A stretch of 64,000 nt of DNA from Eledone cirrhosa (taxonomy: Eukaryota): NCBI GenBank assembly GCA_964016885.1, contig OZ024754.1:24056001-24120000 (forward strand), read 5' to 3'. This document shows positions 26,039 through 38,699 of this stretch, one piece after another. The translations under genes were made by a program, and so were the position numbers. The notes beneath the pieces are model-generated. The model was not told the DNA's origin and did no database searches. It was given only the letters and a program-made list of their open reading frames with translations. Position 1 is the first letter of the stretch, and every line of letters begins with the position of its first letter.

Positions 26039-26769
26039 AAAAGTAATTCACACATGGCAAGATACATATAGAGAAATAGCGTATAATCAAAACAATAACA
26101 TCAATAATAAAATATATATGATAAATAGGTAGAGAAGTTACAGATGCAAAAAGTAAAAGATAAGAAGAAAAATACAGTAAAAAAGTAAGAAAATGGAAAA
26201 ATACTACAAATATAAAGAAATAAGGATAAGTGAGAGCATATAATTACAGAATATGATAGTGGTGGTGGTGAGTAAGTGTCCGGATAAGGATGCTATGGTG
26301 GATTTAGTGTTCATTTGAAAAGTCATATTCGAAACATACATAGATACGTGTAAAGAGTCTGAGGTAGTAACAGATAAAAGAAAAAGCAATAAATTAGAGA
26401 TTAATTGGGAGATACTAGTATGAGACCCAGGGGCTAAGGCTTGGGCCCCGTGCCATCTGCCCACAACAAAAATCAAACTCACATCTCATAACAACAATAC
26501 CATACAATTATTTCACCTCAATTGTCTCTGCTCTGTTCAACATTACACCAAAACACATTAAAATAGAAACAGACCCCATAAAGTTCAAATTACTTCAAGA
26601 AATTCTGGATAAACCTCCTACACCCGGATATGGCTCCGTAAACAATAACTCTCTACCTGAGTGGGCCATGATGCCCAAATCCTGATTTGAAAGGCTTCGC
26701 CAGGTGGTGCTATTAAGTTAGACATGGCCTGGCCCAATACTGGCCGAAACCAATCAAAGTTATCAAAGT

Positions 26770-27470
26770 TCTTGGTTGTCTATCGTAAACAATGATGGCA
26801 TCTTCTTTATTGTTGTTCCCGTCTACCATGGGCACGAACGTGGCTGTGGAGACCGATCCTTGACTTGCAGGTGTGGGGGCAGGGGAAGAGACCGGAGTCG
26901 GACTGGCAACTCCCAGAGGTTACCTCCACCTCTCGCCCATCGCTGCAGGGCTTTGGGAGTGCACGCTAAAGAAGAAACCTGTGCAGGAAAGGTTTATAGT
27001 GGGAGGGCCAGTGCACAGTGACGGTCCCACTCACTCGGCCGCAGAAGCCAGAATCCGGTGGTACGGAGGACCGTCACGACCAGGGACTTCCTTGGCTTCA
27101 GTGGATGGCCACGACGTCTGTAGTGCCTTGCCGTGCCCTATCGCTCCACACTGCTTGCTGTCACCGCCTTCGTGACTGTTGGGACGATGTTGTCCGCCTC
27201 CACTCACTCTGCCGGGTCCAGTCTTCACATGCAGGCATCCCCTATCTAACTCACCGGGGGGTTTCAGACCCGTCCGGCTACCCTCAACCTGGTTCAGCCC
27301 GCCAGCCAAGACGGTTTACTGGCGTGTGGCCGCTGTCGCATGCTACAGCTTCTTGGGGCCACAGGTGAGAGCTGAGTGTCACGTGGGACCCAATGCAGGA
27401 CGAGCTGTCCTGTAAAGGGCATGGCTAGCCCTCCCTATAGAAGTACATGCCCCTCCCTGACACCCCAGGC
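26770..27470 (-). mobile_element. Non-autonomous bipartite RTE/BovB-like element (5'UTR joined to a C-terminal Zn-finger and tail)
   Basis: GC-rich RTE-like 5'UTR (gagtgggaccgtcactgtgcactgg...tttcctgcacagg) joined to sequence translating LFPCPHTCKSRIGLHSHVRAH, then the tail gccatcattgtttacgatagacaacc. Confidence 0.65.
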
Positions 27471-27698
27471 ATATACACACGCATATGCATACACATACAT
27501 ATGTACATATGTATATACATATTTACACATTTTTGGATGGCCGTTTACTCTTATGAGTTCTTTCGCCCTTTGTCAAAGTTATATATATGTATGTATATAT
27601 ATATGTATATATATACATGTATATATATATATATGTGTGTGTGTGTATATATATATGTGTGTGTATTTATATGTGTGTGTGCATATGTATATATATAT

Positions 27699-28025
27699 GG
27701 AGGCACATGGCTTAGTGGTTAGAGCATTGGCCTAACAATCAAAAGGTTGTGAGTTCAATTCTCAGACCGGGTGATGTGTTGTTTCCTTGAGCAAGACACT
27801 TTATTTCACATTGCTCCAGTTTACTCAGCTGTAGAAATGAGATGATAGGGACCTCAGTCCCTATCATTCCACTGCAAAGTGGTTGTGTAGGTGCCACGGC
27901 AAAAAAGCACCCAGCACTCACTGTAAAATGAGGTTGGTGTTAGGAAGGGCATCCAGCTGTAGAAATCAAGCCAGAATCAGTTCCCGTCCCACCCTTGCAA
28001 GCAGGGAAAAGCGGGCGTAAAATGA
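27699..28025 (+). mobile_element. tRNA-derived CORE SINE, full length
   Basis: ggaggcacatggcttagtggttagagc (A-box), gagttcaattct (B-box), CORE and RTE tail. Same family as 21012-21348. Confidence 0.88.
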
Positions 28026-28034
28026 AATATATAT

Positions 28035-28813
28035 ATCATCATCATCATCATCGTTTAACGTCCATCTTCCACACTTGCATGGGTTTGGACGGGAGTTTTC
28101 CCACTTGCGGCAAGAGTGGTTGTCTTGCTCACATAGGACTGTCTGGCGGGTTTTCTACGGCTGGATGCCCTTCCTAACACCAACCACATTTACAGTGTGG
28201 ACTGGGAGATTTTTACCGTGTTACCTACATGGCCACATTACAGCGTGGACTGTGTGTTTTTTTGTCGAGACACCTACACAACCTCATTTGTTTCGGACTG
28301 GATGTTGTGGTACCAACATAACTTTACATTGAAAGGGGTGGTGTGGATGGGGTGGGGGTAGTGGGACGGGGGTGTATTTTTGTTAGGGGTGCCTACTGAC
28401 AGTAGTAGGTTTCACTTTGTACTTAGGTAAGGTGGGTCTTCTGTATTACTGTGTAGCGCCAAAGATCTCGGTCCAGTGACATTGTCTTGGAGAGGTGTAA
28501 GTGTGTGAGGTCGGAATTTATCAGGTCGTCCCAAGTTTTTCTGGGTCTGCCTACTCCGTGGCTACCGTCTATTTTTATTGCCCTGCACTTTTTTATACAA
28601 CTGTCGTCTTTCATGCGCATCACGTGACCGTACCAACGTAGTCTTCTCTCGAGTAAACATCTGATCCCTCTTATTTCTAATTTTTCCCTTAGTTCGTTTA
28701 TGCTTTGCCATTCACGTATATTACTATTACACATCCTGCGGAGCAAGCAAGCTTCGTTCCTCTCCAGTCTGCGTATATCCTCTGCACACAATGCCCAGGT
28801 CTCATTTCCAAAT

Positions 28814-28815
<2 letters not shown>
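28035..28815 (-). mobile_element. RTE family A 3' fragment
   Basis: ORF 28423-28818 (ETWALCAED...RRLRWYGHVMR), 3'UTR and (GAT)n tail. Confidence 0.9.
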
Positions 28816-28850
<35 letters not shown>

Positions 28851-28853
<3 letters not shown>

Positions 28854-29035
28854 TATGACCCCGACGGCAGAGCTCAAGCTATTTCGACGACTATTTCTTG
28901 TCCAGAAATAGCCGTCGAAATGGCTTCAGGTCTGCCGTCGGGGTCATACTTTTTCCTATTACCCACTCTACTACCCTAAGTATTGAGTACTCTGGTGCGT
29001 TATGGTCTACCTGGTTCCTTACCACAATTCCCTTG
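28851..29035. repeat. Short hairpin element (arms ~28851-28897/28904-28951), same family as 52765-53310
   Basis: aagtatgaccccgacggcag...ctgccgtcggggtcatactt, followed by the same downstream segment as 53233-53310. Confidence 0.8.
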
Positions 29036-29036
29036 T

Positions 29037-29107
<71 letters not shown>

Positions 29108-29116
29108 ATATATATG

Positions 29117-29177
<61 letters not shown>

Positions 29178-29337
29178 TTAATTATACTATTTATGGTTAT
29201 GTAAATACAAAAACCTTTTGCAGTTATATATATTTTTATACAAACCCTAAATAGTGGTAGGCAGTAATATATTACTACCTTATTACCAGTAAGTTAAGTA
29301 GCTCAATGTAAAAACATCAGATGATTTACAGAGCAGT

Positions 29338-30681
29338 TATATGAAATATAAGAATCAAAGAACTGTTCAAAACATTTTTATGCTTACAACTGTTTCCTCC
29401 AAACCGAGGTTTGGATTCTTCGGAGCAATTTATTATTGAATGAACACTTATATAACCTCCTTTTCACCCAAGAGACATACAGATACATATGCAAATATTG
29501 TGGGTCAACATTCATTACAGCATTTAGAGTGGCAGTACACACTTAGAGATTACATTCATATTAAAAGATACAATCAAAAATACAGGTTAAAATACAACAT
29601 GAAAATAAGCGGTTATATAGTGCAAGTGTTATATGTGTGGCAAGCACGTGCGTCTTGTTTATATAGTGTGGCAGAGAGTTACGTGTAGTAGAAGCACTTA
29701 AGTAGGTAAACAAGAGTGTTAGGTTGGTTGATCTGGTGGCAAATTATTTATATGATTGTTATATAGTGGCACTCTACGATGGGGGTTAATTCACCATAAT
29801 AATACGAACACCTTCAGCACAACTTAATAGACTACTCTATAGTTAAAACACTTTAAGCTTTAGAAGCTTTAAGAAATTGCGCATAACCATAGAAGTTAGG
29901 GTCTATTTTGAGACACATTTCAATAGCTAGTAATAGAAACCTTGGAGTTACCTCCCCTCATGCATTAACTCCCCTTAGCCACACACACACTTCCGGGTAG
30001 TATTTCAATGTCGATTCTCGAAACGTAACATCCTCCTGTATTGAACTAAAGAACATCAGACTACGATTCTCTAACTGGATTGTCAAACGCTCAATATCGA
30101 ATTGTCGTGGATTATGTGAGGGGCATATAATCTGAAAAATAAACTCCCCAGACTATGAAAATGTCGAAGTACATGAAGTCCATATCATCCCTTCGCTGTG
30201 CATCTCCAATATTTTTAATATTTTTAATGCTTATATTATTTCTCCACACACAGACTATAACAATCATATAAATAATTTGCCACCAGATCAACCAACCTAA
30301 CACTCTTGTTTACCTACTTAAGTGCTTCTACTACACGTAACTCTCTGCCACACTATATAAACAAGACGCACGTGCTTGCCACACATATAACACTTGCACT
30401 ATATAACCGCTTATTTTCATGTTGTATTTTAACCTGTATTTTTGATTGTATCTTTTAATATGAATGTAATCTCTAAGTGTGTACTGCCACTCTAAATGCT
30501 GTAATGAATGTTGACCCACAATATTTGCATATGTATCTGTATGTCTCTTGGGTGAAAAGGAGGTTATATAAGTGTTCATTCAATAATAAATTGCTCCGAA
30601 GAATCCAAACCTCGGTTTGGAGGAAACAGTTGTAAGCATAAAAATGTTTTGAACAGTTCTTTGATTCTTATATTTCATATA
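29338..30681. repeat. Near-perfect ~430-bp inverted duplication carrying a hammerhead motif in each arm
   Basis: 29338-~29765 is the reverse complement of ~30254-30681 (identical 82-aa shadow ORFs on opposite strands). Motif tgct-CCGAAGA-atccaaac ctcg gtttggag-GAAA-c agtt g-TA-agca at 29381-29427(-) and 30592-30638(+). Confidence 0.9.
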
Positions 30682-30879
30682 TATATATATATGTATGTAT
30701 GTATAATAAAAGTAGAGAGAAATGTTAAAGACCCGAAGGCGAACAGAGCCAGTAGTTGCCAGTCCGGATGACCGCCTTCCTAATATTACAATACGGTTGA
30801 CTATACAGAATCACCAGTTCTATCCAATGGTGAACCAACAAACCTAAATATATATATTACCTGTTCCAGCCATCTGGCT

Positions 30880-31790
30880 GATGCCATGCTGGGGCACGGG
30901 AATTTTGATCTGTATTTGTGTTAGCAGCTTGGTATTGTAGGGCTTGGAATTTGCCACCATTAAACTGCATGTTGTTTTCTTCTGCCCATTTGTATATGGC
31001 ATCCAGATTTTGTTGTAAAAGGGCAGCGTCAGCTGGGTTTTTGATTGCCTGTGTTACCTTAGTGTCATCAGCATAGCTAGTGAGGGATGTTGTATGTACT
31101 ACAGAGGGCATGTCTGTGAGAGCCATCAAAAACAGTAGTGGTCCCAGGACTGTGCCTTGGAAACCCCACTTGTTATTGATGTTTCCTTTGAGAGGGCTCC
31201 ATTTGCTGCAACTGTCTGGCTTCTGTATTTTAAGAAGTCATGCAGTCACTCACCTACTTTTCCAGTTATGCCGAGTCTGTGTAGTTTGTGACATATCATT
31301 CCGTGGTCGACCTTCGCAAAGATATATCACGTCCACATGTGCACTGTCTAGCAGTTGTTTCATTACTGTTGTAGCAGCTGTGTAAGGCAGCTTCTTCCTG
31401 GGTGAAAGCCATGCTGCATGCTAGTCAGGGAGACTGGCCTGTAGTTTTGGGCCTCCACTCTGCTTCCTCCTTTTATGGATAGGGCATATTGTACCTTCTT
31501 TCAACTCTCTGGGTAGTCTACCACTAGCAGAGGAGCTTCTGAAGAGGGTCGTCAGTGGAGTTGCTAAGGCACGCTTATATGTTTTTAGGAGGTCCAGCAG
31601 CTGAGTTTGTTCTAATTTTGTCTATGGCAGATACCATATCATCCTCTGTTATGTCTATGAGGTTGATGGTCGCCATTTTTTCGTGGAGTGTTGTGGCATC
31701 AAAGAAATCCTCTGGCTTTGTTATTTGCATGTGCCTCAGTGGAGGTATGAACACACTTTTGTACTATTTGTTCAGTATTTCATTGCAAAC
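30880..31790 (-). mobile_element. CR1/L2-like LINE RT fragment, degenerate
   Basis: QGTVLGPLLFLMALTDMP...SYADDTKV...LQQNLDAIYKWAEENNMQFNGGKFQ. Upstream there is a SAAGP-like motif and a DWPV-like (NYRP) motif. Confidence 0.8.
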
Positions 31791-32429
31791 AGGGAAAAGC
31801 TGACGTAAAATGATGATGATGATGGTGAAAGCATACACACACGCACACACACACACATACATATATAGACAGAAAGTGGTTAAGGTCGACAGGAAGATAA
31901 GAGTGTTTAAAAAAAGGGTTGTAAAGGTGCCTTCCTCCTGGTTCCATTTCAATAAATGACCTTTGATGAATATAATGGCCAGATGTTTTTCAAATTCATA
32001 GCTGAATCAACTCTTAAATTTGTAAAGAATACTTTCAACAATTCTCTATATTAAAGATGAATTTTGGTGTGTGTCTGGTTGTGGTGGTGGGGGTGGGGTT
32101 AATGAGGTGTAAGATACATGTCTTTTGATAAGAATGGGATAACAGTAAAGAGAAGAATAAAGATAGTTTTGGAATATTTGTTAGAAATGTATGTTGTTGA
32201 TATTGGTTTGGGACGGAAAGTGTGGGGGGAGGACATACTAGCTCATGTATTCACTTCCCTATATGTAAATATACTTACAGCCCATATATATATTACATAC
32301 ATACACACACATACACATACACATATGCATACACATGTATACACACATATATATACACACATATATATACACACACATATACACATATACATACACATGC
32401 ATACATATATATATGGCCTTGTGCCAAAG

Positions 32430-32606
32430 GAATTGGCAGTATCGGTAGAGAGTTGGACGCCATGTTTTCTAACATAGTTACGTCCCTTTACAGTCTGAGT
32501 TCAAATCCCGCCGAGGTTAACTTTGCCTTTCATCCTTACCAGGTCGATAAAATAAAGTACCAGTAATGTATTGGGTAATTGCTGGCCTTGTGCCTAAAGT
32601 AGAAAC
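32430..32606 (+). mobile_element. tRNA-derived Meta-domain SINE
   Basis: A-box tggcagtatcgg, B-box gagttcaaatcc, and Meta-type body gcctttcatccttac...gtcgataaaataaagtaccag. Other copies at ~3385, 5200, 34943, 41358, 41622, 42275, 44575, 54385-55292 and 58655. Confidence 0.8.
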
Positions 32607-33873
32607 AATTATTATTATTATTAATGATATTATAAAAAATGATGAAAATCAAACAAAAGTGAAAAACAAGAAGAAATTTGTGAAGAAAAACGAAAAAAAA
32701 AGGAAAAATATGAATTATCTGAGTTTGAGTCAATGGTAATGGTTGTTGATAGTGGTGGTAGCGGCTGTAGTGGGAGTGTGTTGTTGTTGTTGGTGGTGGT
32801 GGTGGTTATAGTGGGAGTTTGTTGATGGTTGTAGTGGTTGTAGATGGAGTGTGTTGGTGTTGTTGTTGTTGTTGGTGGTTTTGGTTGTTATAGCTGTTAT
32901 TTGTTTTGTTGATGGTAGTGGTGATGTCGGTGTTGTTGGTGGTGGTGTTGGTATTGTTGTAGTGGGAGTGGTGGTGATGGTGGAATATTTTATGTAAAGA
33001 ATAGAATGGAAATAATTGCCCTGTGAAATTTGTGCAGATGTTACACAAAATGTTTACTGAAAATTAGAAGTTTAGTGTTCTGTATGAGGTAAGATATGAT
33101 ATTCATATGACACCAGGCGTGACTGAGGGAGGGTATATTGATATTGAGTCAGGTATGGTTGAGTGGTTAAGAAATTGATATTCATGTCTAATGTGGCTGA
33201 GGGAAGATATCATATCATCATCACCACCATCATACCATCATCATCATCATACCACCTCCACAATCATCATCACCAACATCATCATTTTTGGTTGTTGGTG
33301 GTTATATGGTGTTTGTATCTGTGTAGAAGTAACACAGAGTAGAATTATCAAATTACACCAGTTTTCCCATGTCTTCACAAGATGGACGAAGGCCAAAGTT
33401 TATTCCAGTTTCACAGGAGCTAAGGGACTGAGAGCACAGATGACTCTCAAGTAGACGGGACAGCAGTCCATCACAGAGCCGACAACCTAGTGGTAGCTGG
33501 TTAACCACATACGGCCAAGCGAACTGGAGCAACATGAGATGTAGTACCAGCTTAGGAATCGCACCAAAGACTTTTATGATCATGATCCCAATACCTTAAC
33601 AACTAAAGCCACACACTTTCACCTGTAGTATTGATACCTTCCTGATTACACTAGGTAGACATATATTAGGTTTAAAATGGAGGATGGGGTGAGTGATAGG
33701 GATATACATACATACATATATATATATATATTAAAAGTAATGACGATCGCTGGTATAAATGCAGCATCCGCCTGCTGGCGAATTGCAGGAATGCAGCTGC
33801 AATCAGCTGTTCAGAGTGCACACATTTAGTTAATAGCAGATATGTTGACTGTGTTTTGGTAGAGATACAAGTA

Positions 33874-33905
<32 letters not shown>

Positions 33906-34150
33906 GAATATTGTATATACATATATGTATATATATGTATGTATATCATCATCATCACCATTTTATGGCCATTTTCCACACTAATTTGTGTGTGTGCGTG
34001 TATATATAAAATTGGTTCTGTGTGAGCGAAATGTGCTCCTCTAATCAGATCTCTCACAAAAGGACAACCCGTCCTACCCATGCTGGCATGGAAAATGGAC
34101 GTTAAACGATGATGATATACACACACATATATATATAAAATTCTTTATAT

Positions 34151-34615
34151 CATCATCATCATCATCACCGTTTTACGTCCGTTCTTCCATGCTAGCATGG
34201 GTTAGACGGGTTGTCCTGTTGTGGGTAGTGTCTGGTCGGCTGACCATGCCTTTCTCTTCTCATACAGGAACTGATTTTGGCTTGATTTCTACAGCTGGAT
34301 GCCCTCCTTAACACCAACCTCATTTACAGTGAGTGCTGGGTGCTGTTTTCCGTGGCGCCTACACGTCCACTTTACAGTGTAGGCTGGGTGCTTTTTTGCC
34401 GTGGCACCTCCACGACCACCTTGCAGTGGGATGGTGTGGGGGCATATTGTCTATATGCTTCAGCTTGTACCCATGGGAGGTCGGGTACTCTGTATTACTG
34501 TGTGACGCCAGAGGTCACGGTCGTGTGTCATCGCCTTTGAGAGGTGTAATTGGGTAAAGTCGGCTTTTATCACCCAGGTCTTCTTGGGTCTCCCCACTCC
34601 GCGGTTTCCATTGAC
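34151..34615 (-). mobile_element. RTE 3' end fragment (third subfamily) with (GAT)n tail
   Basis: Minus strand gives EVNGNRGVGRPKKTW, then ggtgttaaggagggcatccagctgtagaaa...ggacgtaaaac and (gat)n. Confidence 0.7.
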
Positions 34616-35174
34616 TTCTATATATATATTTATTAAAATAACAGATTAAAGTTTAAGCAAAGAATCGCTGCTTTCACCCTTAACGGGATCTTCTGAAACA
34701 ATGAGTTATTTGGTTTGTTGATTATTTAACAAAGTTAATTTACAACAGATTAAAAGCACTCAACAGTTTTAACCGGAGTATCATTAATATCAATAATATT
34801 AATAAATGGAAAATATCTTTATAAAACCATATTTATCTTATTATACGTATTTCCCCTGAGTTTTGAAAAATTATATTCACTATCTTCACTGAACTTATAA
34901 TGAGAAGTTGACATGAAGATATGTCATTATCTTTACACCAATTTGCCTTTCATCCTTACGGGGTCGATAAAATAAAGTACCAGTAATGCACTCTGGGTAA
35001 TTGCTGGCCTTGTGCCTAAAGTAGAAACTTATCTTTACACCAATTAATATATTTTATAAAGATATTTTCCATATATTAATATTATTGATATTATATATAT
35101 ATATATATACATTCATATACAAACCAATCAGATATGTATTTCCTTGTGGGGGTTTCGATGATATATATACACAC

Positions 35175-36046
35175 CTTATGGGCATGTGGTTAGAATGTCT
35201 CAGGAAAGAATCGCTGGACAGATTTGTAATTCGGAGATCAGAGAGTCACTCCAGGTAGAGCTGTTACTTCTCCAAATTGAGAGATCACAGCTCAGATACT
35301 ATGGGTATGTGGTTAGAATGTCTCAGGAAAGAATCACTGGACAGATTTGTAATTCGGAGATCAGAGAGTCACTCCAGGTAGAGCTGTTACTTCTCCAAAT
35401 TGAGAGATCACAGCTCAGATACTATGGGTATGTGGTTAGAATGTCTCAGGAAAGAATCACTGGACAGATTTGTAATTCGGAGATCAGAGAGTCACTCCAG
35501 GTAGAGCTGTTACTTCTCCAAATTGAGAGATCACAGCTCAGATACTATGGGTATGTGGCTAGAATGTCTCAGGAAAGAATCACTGGACAGATTTGTAATT
35601 CGGAGATCAGAGAGTCACTCCAGGTAGAGCTGTTACTTCTCCAAATTGAGAGATCACAGCTCAGATACTATGGGTATGTGGTTAGAATGTCTCAGGAAAG
35701 AATCGCTGGACAGATTTGTAATTCGGAGATCAGAGAGTCACTCCAGGTAGAGCTGTTACTTCTCCAAATTGAGAGATCACAGCTCAGATACTATGGGTAT
35801 GTGGTTAGAATGTCTCAGGAAAGAATCACTGGACAGATTTTACAGGCAAAACCAACAGGTAGGAAACCCAGGGGTAGACCCTGTGCAAGATGGTTGGATA
35901 ACATCCTCGAGCTTGGCTAGTCATGCTTGGGGATCGATCTGGATCAGTTGGAGACAGTTGCTTCTGACAGGATCCACTGGAACGAGTGTTTGAGGACTCT
36001 GCCCCCACGATCCTGTCAGGAATAAGTGGATGAAGAAGAAGAAGAA
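35175..36046 (+). repeat. 123-bp tandem array (5 full units + terminal piece) derived from an RTE (Rex3/Expander-like) ORF 3' end, with a (GAA)n tail
   Basis: The in-frame 41-aa unit VRMSQERI.GQICNSEIRESLQVELLLLQIERSQLRYYGY repeats at 35186, 35309, 35432, 35555, 35678 and 35801 (partial). It ends GRKPRGRP..RW, then gaagaagaa. Confidence 0.9.
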
Positions 36047-36527
36047 GCCTTCTTCAGGATTATCACTTTTTTTTAGTATTGATACTGCTCTTTCGACAGT
36101 AGCTATCTAACCCCCACCCCCATAGATACCATTATCTGGCAGCATCAATGAGCCTGAAGCTGGCTAACATCCTTGGTTATCATTGTCCGGCAGTATCATT
36201 AAGCCTAGTGAAAGGATGAATGTATGTTGTCATCAAAAGTAGATTATAGTTTCATATAGACTGACTACATATTCAATATCAGGTTATATACCAACAAGAT
36301 AACAAGGAATCATTGAAATGTCAGCAGAGTTTCTATGCTTTATTTTTCTTGCTTCATTAACAAGCTTGGAAGTTTGGCCTCAATTTTTCATTTTCTTGTT
36401 TTGTTTTTCTAACTTTTAGTATTTCTTTTTGGGTGATACGAGAGTGCAGATGTGTGTAAACCCAAATACATAAATGTATATATACACACACACACGTGTG
36501 TATATATATATATATATATTTAACCAC

Positions 36528-36851
36528 TAAGTGGTTAAAGCATTGGCCTTGCAATCGAAAGGTTGTGAGTTCAATTCTCAGACCGGGTGATGTGTTGTTT
36601 CCATGAGCAAAACACTTTATTTCACATTGCACCAGTTTACTCAGCTGTAGAAATGAGATGATAGGGACTGGGGTCCCTATCATTCCACTGCAAAGTGGTC
36701 GTGTAGGTGCCACGGAAAAAAAAAGCACCCAGCACTCACTGTAAATGAGGTTGGTGTTAGGAAGGGCATCCAGCTGTAGAAATCAAGCCAGAATCAGTTC
36801 CCGTCCCACCCTTGCAGGCAGAGAAAAGCGGACGTAAAATGATGATGATGA

Positions 36852-36853
<2 letters not shown>
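36528..36853 (+). mobile_element. CORE SINE (slightly 5'-truncated)
   Basis: Same family as 27699-28025. Confidence 0.85.
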
Positions 36854-36899
<46 letters not shown>

Positions 36900-37160
36900 A
36901 AACAGGGAGAAAGAGACGATTATTAGGAAGAAAAATATACTGTGAAAATTGCAAACTTGACTGTCACCACAGAATATGAACCTAAAGAGTGCGAAAGCAT
37001 GAAAGTACTTGTTCAATTAACACTTAACATTTCATTCTAAGACCATTATAATTTTAAAGGATTGTAAATAAAACGAGTAAATCAGACAAAGTTGGAATTC
37101 CTTTTATTAACATAATCTTCTATACACAATCATACACACCTGTGTATATTTATATATATA

Positions 37161-37503
37161 TCATCATCATCATTTCATTTTACGTCCGCTTTTCCCTGCT
37201 TGCAAGGGTGGGACGGGAACTGATTCTGGCTTGATTTCTACAGCTGGATGCCCTTCCTAACACCAACCTCATTTACAGTGAGTGCTGGGTGCTTTTTTTT
37301 TTCCGTGGCACCTACACGACCACTTTGCAGTGGAATGATAGGGACCCCAGTCCCTATCATCTCATTTCTACAGCTGAGTAAACTGGAGCAATGTGAAATA
37401 AAGTGTCTTGCTCAAGGAAACAACACATCACCCAGTCTGAGAATTGAACTCACAACCTTTTGATTGCAAGACCAATGCTCTAACCACTAAGCCATGTGCC
37501 TCC
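37161..37503 (-). mobile_element. CORE SINE, inverted relative to 36528-36853
   Basis: Reverse complement of the same family. Confidence 0.87.
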
Positions 37504-38202
37504 ATATATATATACATATATGTCCCCCACCGCCACTCTCAAGCGTGAACCTAAAGGCGATATCCAATTTTAGCAGCCTAAATGCCGCTTACTTGCTGTA
37601 GTTGCTGTTTACTTCAATGTATGAGGCTATTCCAACAAATTTACATTCCCCTTTTTTTAGCCGTTAAAAGAAATATAGATTTATTTATTGTTTTTTTTTT
37701 GCAATTTATTTGCCACTGGGGGCATAGATTTCTTTATTTGCCCATTTTTTGTTTGTTTGTTTGTTTTTTTGCGATTTATTAGCCTTTTGGGGTCACACAC
37801 ACCCCCGTAGAAAGTGTGCGACCTTTCTGCCAGGGAGCACAGAGAGAGGAGGGTGCTCCCTTCTCCTCTTACCTGTACAAGCCGATATAGAGAGATGGCC
37901 CACTTACACGGGCCATTATTGCTACTTTCACCCATCTTTCATGGAATTGGCTGGGACTGAGTGCCTTTTTCTCCACCTTGATCCTTCTTTCGAAGTGGTA
38001 TCGGAAGAAGAGGTCCATTTGTTGGCCGGCGACATATCCCCACAGTTTCCTCGTTGCAAACGCATCTGGGACATTTCTTTTCCAAGGGGTTTCCGTCCCG
38101 GAATCCATGTCTGTAGAGCCTTTCCCGAACGGGCAGGGCCTCTCGGTATAATAGTAAGTATTAGTGGTTGTAATAAAAATGCAATCAAAATGTAATAAAT
38201 AC

Positions 38203-38338
38203 CTTCACTGATTTCTTTCCTTATATTATCAACAGAAGTTGGAATGTCACCCAAAGTTCGCTTTGTATGTTCCCGAATAGCAGTAAATTTTGATAAAACT
38301 GTTTCTAATTCCTTCTCCACAGTAAGACAAATATACAT
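38203..38338 (-). pseudogene. RMND5: RMND5/GID2-like first coding exon fragment (copy 1)
   Basis: MYICLTVEKELETVLSKFTAIREHTKRTLGDI..VDNIRKEISE resembles the RMND5 N-terminus (C..VE.EL.KVL.KF) and is followed by the donor-like aag|gtattt. Recognised from memory, not from a search. Confidence 0.5.
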
Positions 38339-38511
38339 GTGTAGTTGAAGAGGATAAGTATGAAAGAACAGTCATTTAAATTTACAGATGGACAGATGTG
38401 GTGTTTGGCAGGGTTTGAGATATATAGAAAAATAATTATTTACAGAAAAAGAAAATAATAATAAAGAATTATTATAATTTTTTTAAAGATTTATATCTTT
38501 TTGGATTACAC

Positions 38512-38647
38512 ATGTATATTTGTCTTACTGTGGAGAAGGAATTAGAAACAGTTTTATCAAAATTCACTGCTATTCGGGAACATACAAAGCGAACTTTGGG
38601 TGACATACCAACTTCTGTTGATAATATAAGGAAAGAAATCAGTGAAG
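38512..38647 (+). pseudogene. RMND5: RMND5/GID2-like first coding exon fragment (copy 2)
   Basis: Same 136-nt ATG-to-GT segment in the other arm. Confidence 0.5.
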
Positions 38648-38699
38648 GTATTTATTACATTTTGATTGCATTTTTATTACAACCACTAATACTTACTAT

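Noticed and set aside
34780-35095. Relative of the 62709 hammerhead family with an inverted tail
   Set aside because: GAAA-tacgta-TA is present on minus but the CUGANGA core is decayed, so it was not counted as a ribozyme.
35175-35830. CRISPR-like interpretation of the tandem arrays
   Set aside because: No unique spacers and no cas genes. It is a eukaryotic LINE-derived repeat.
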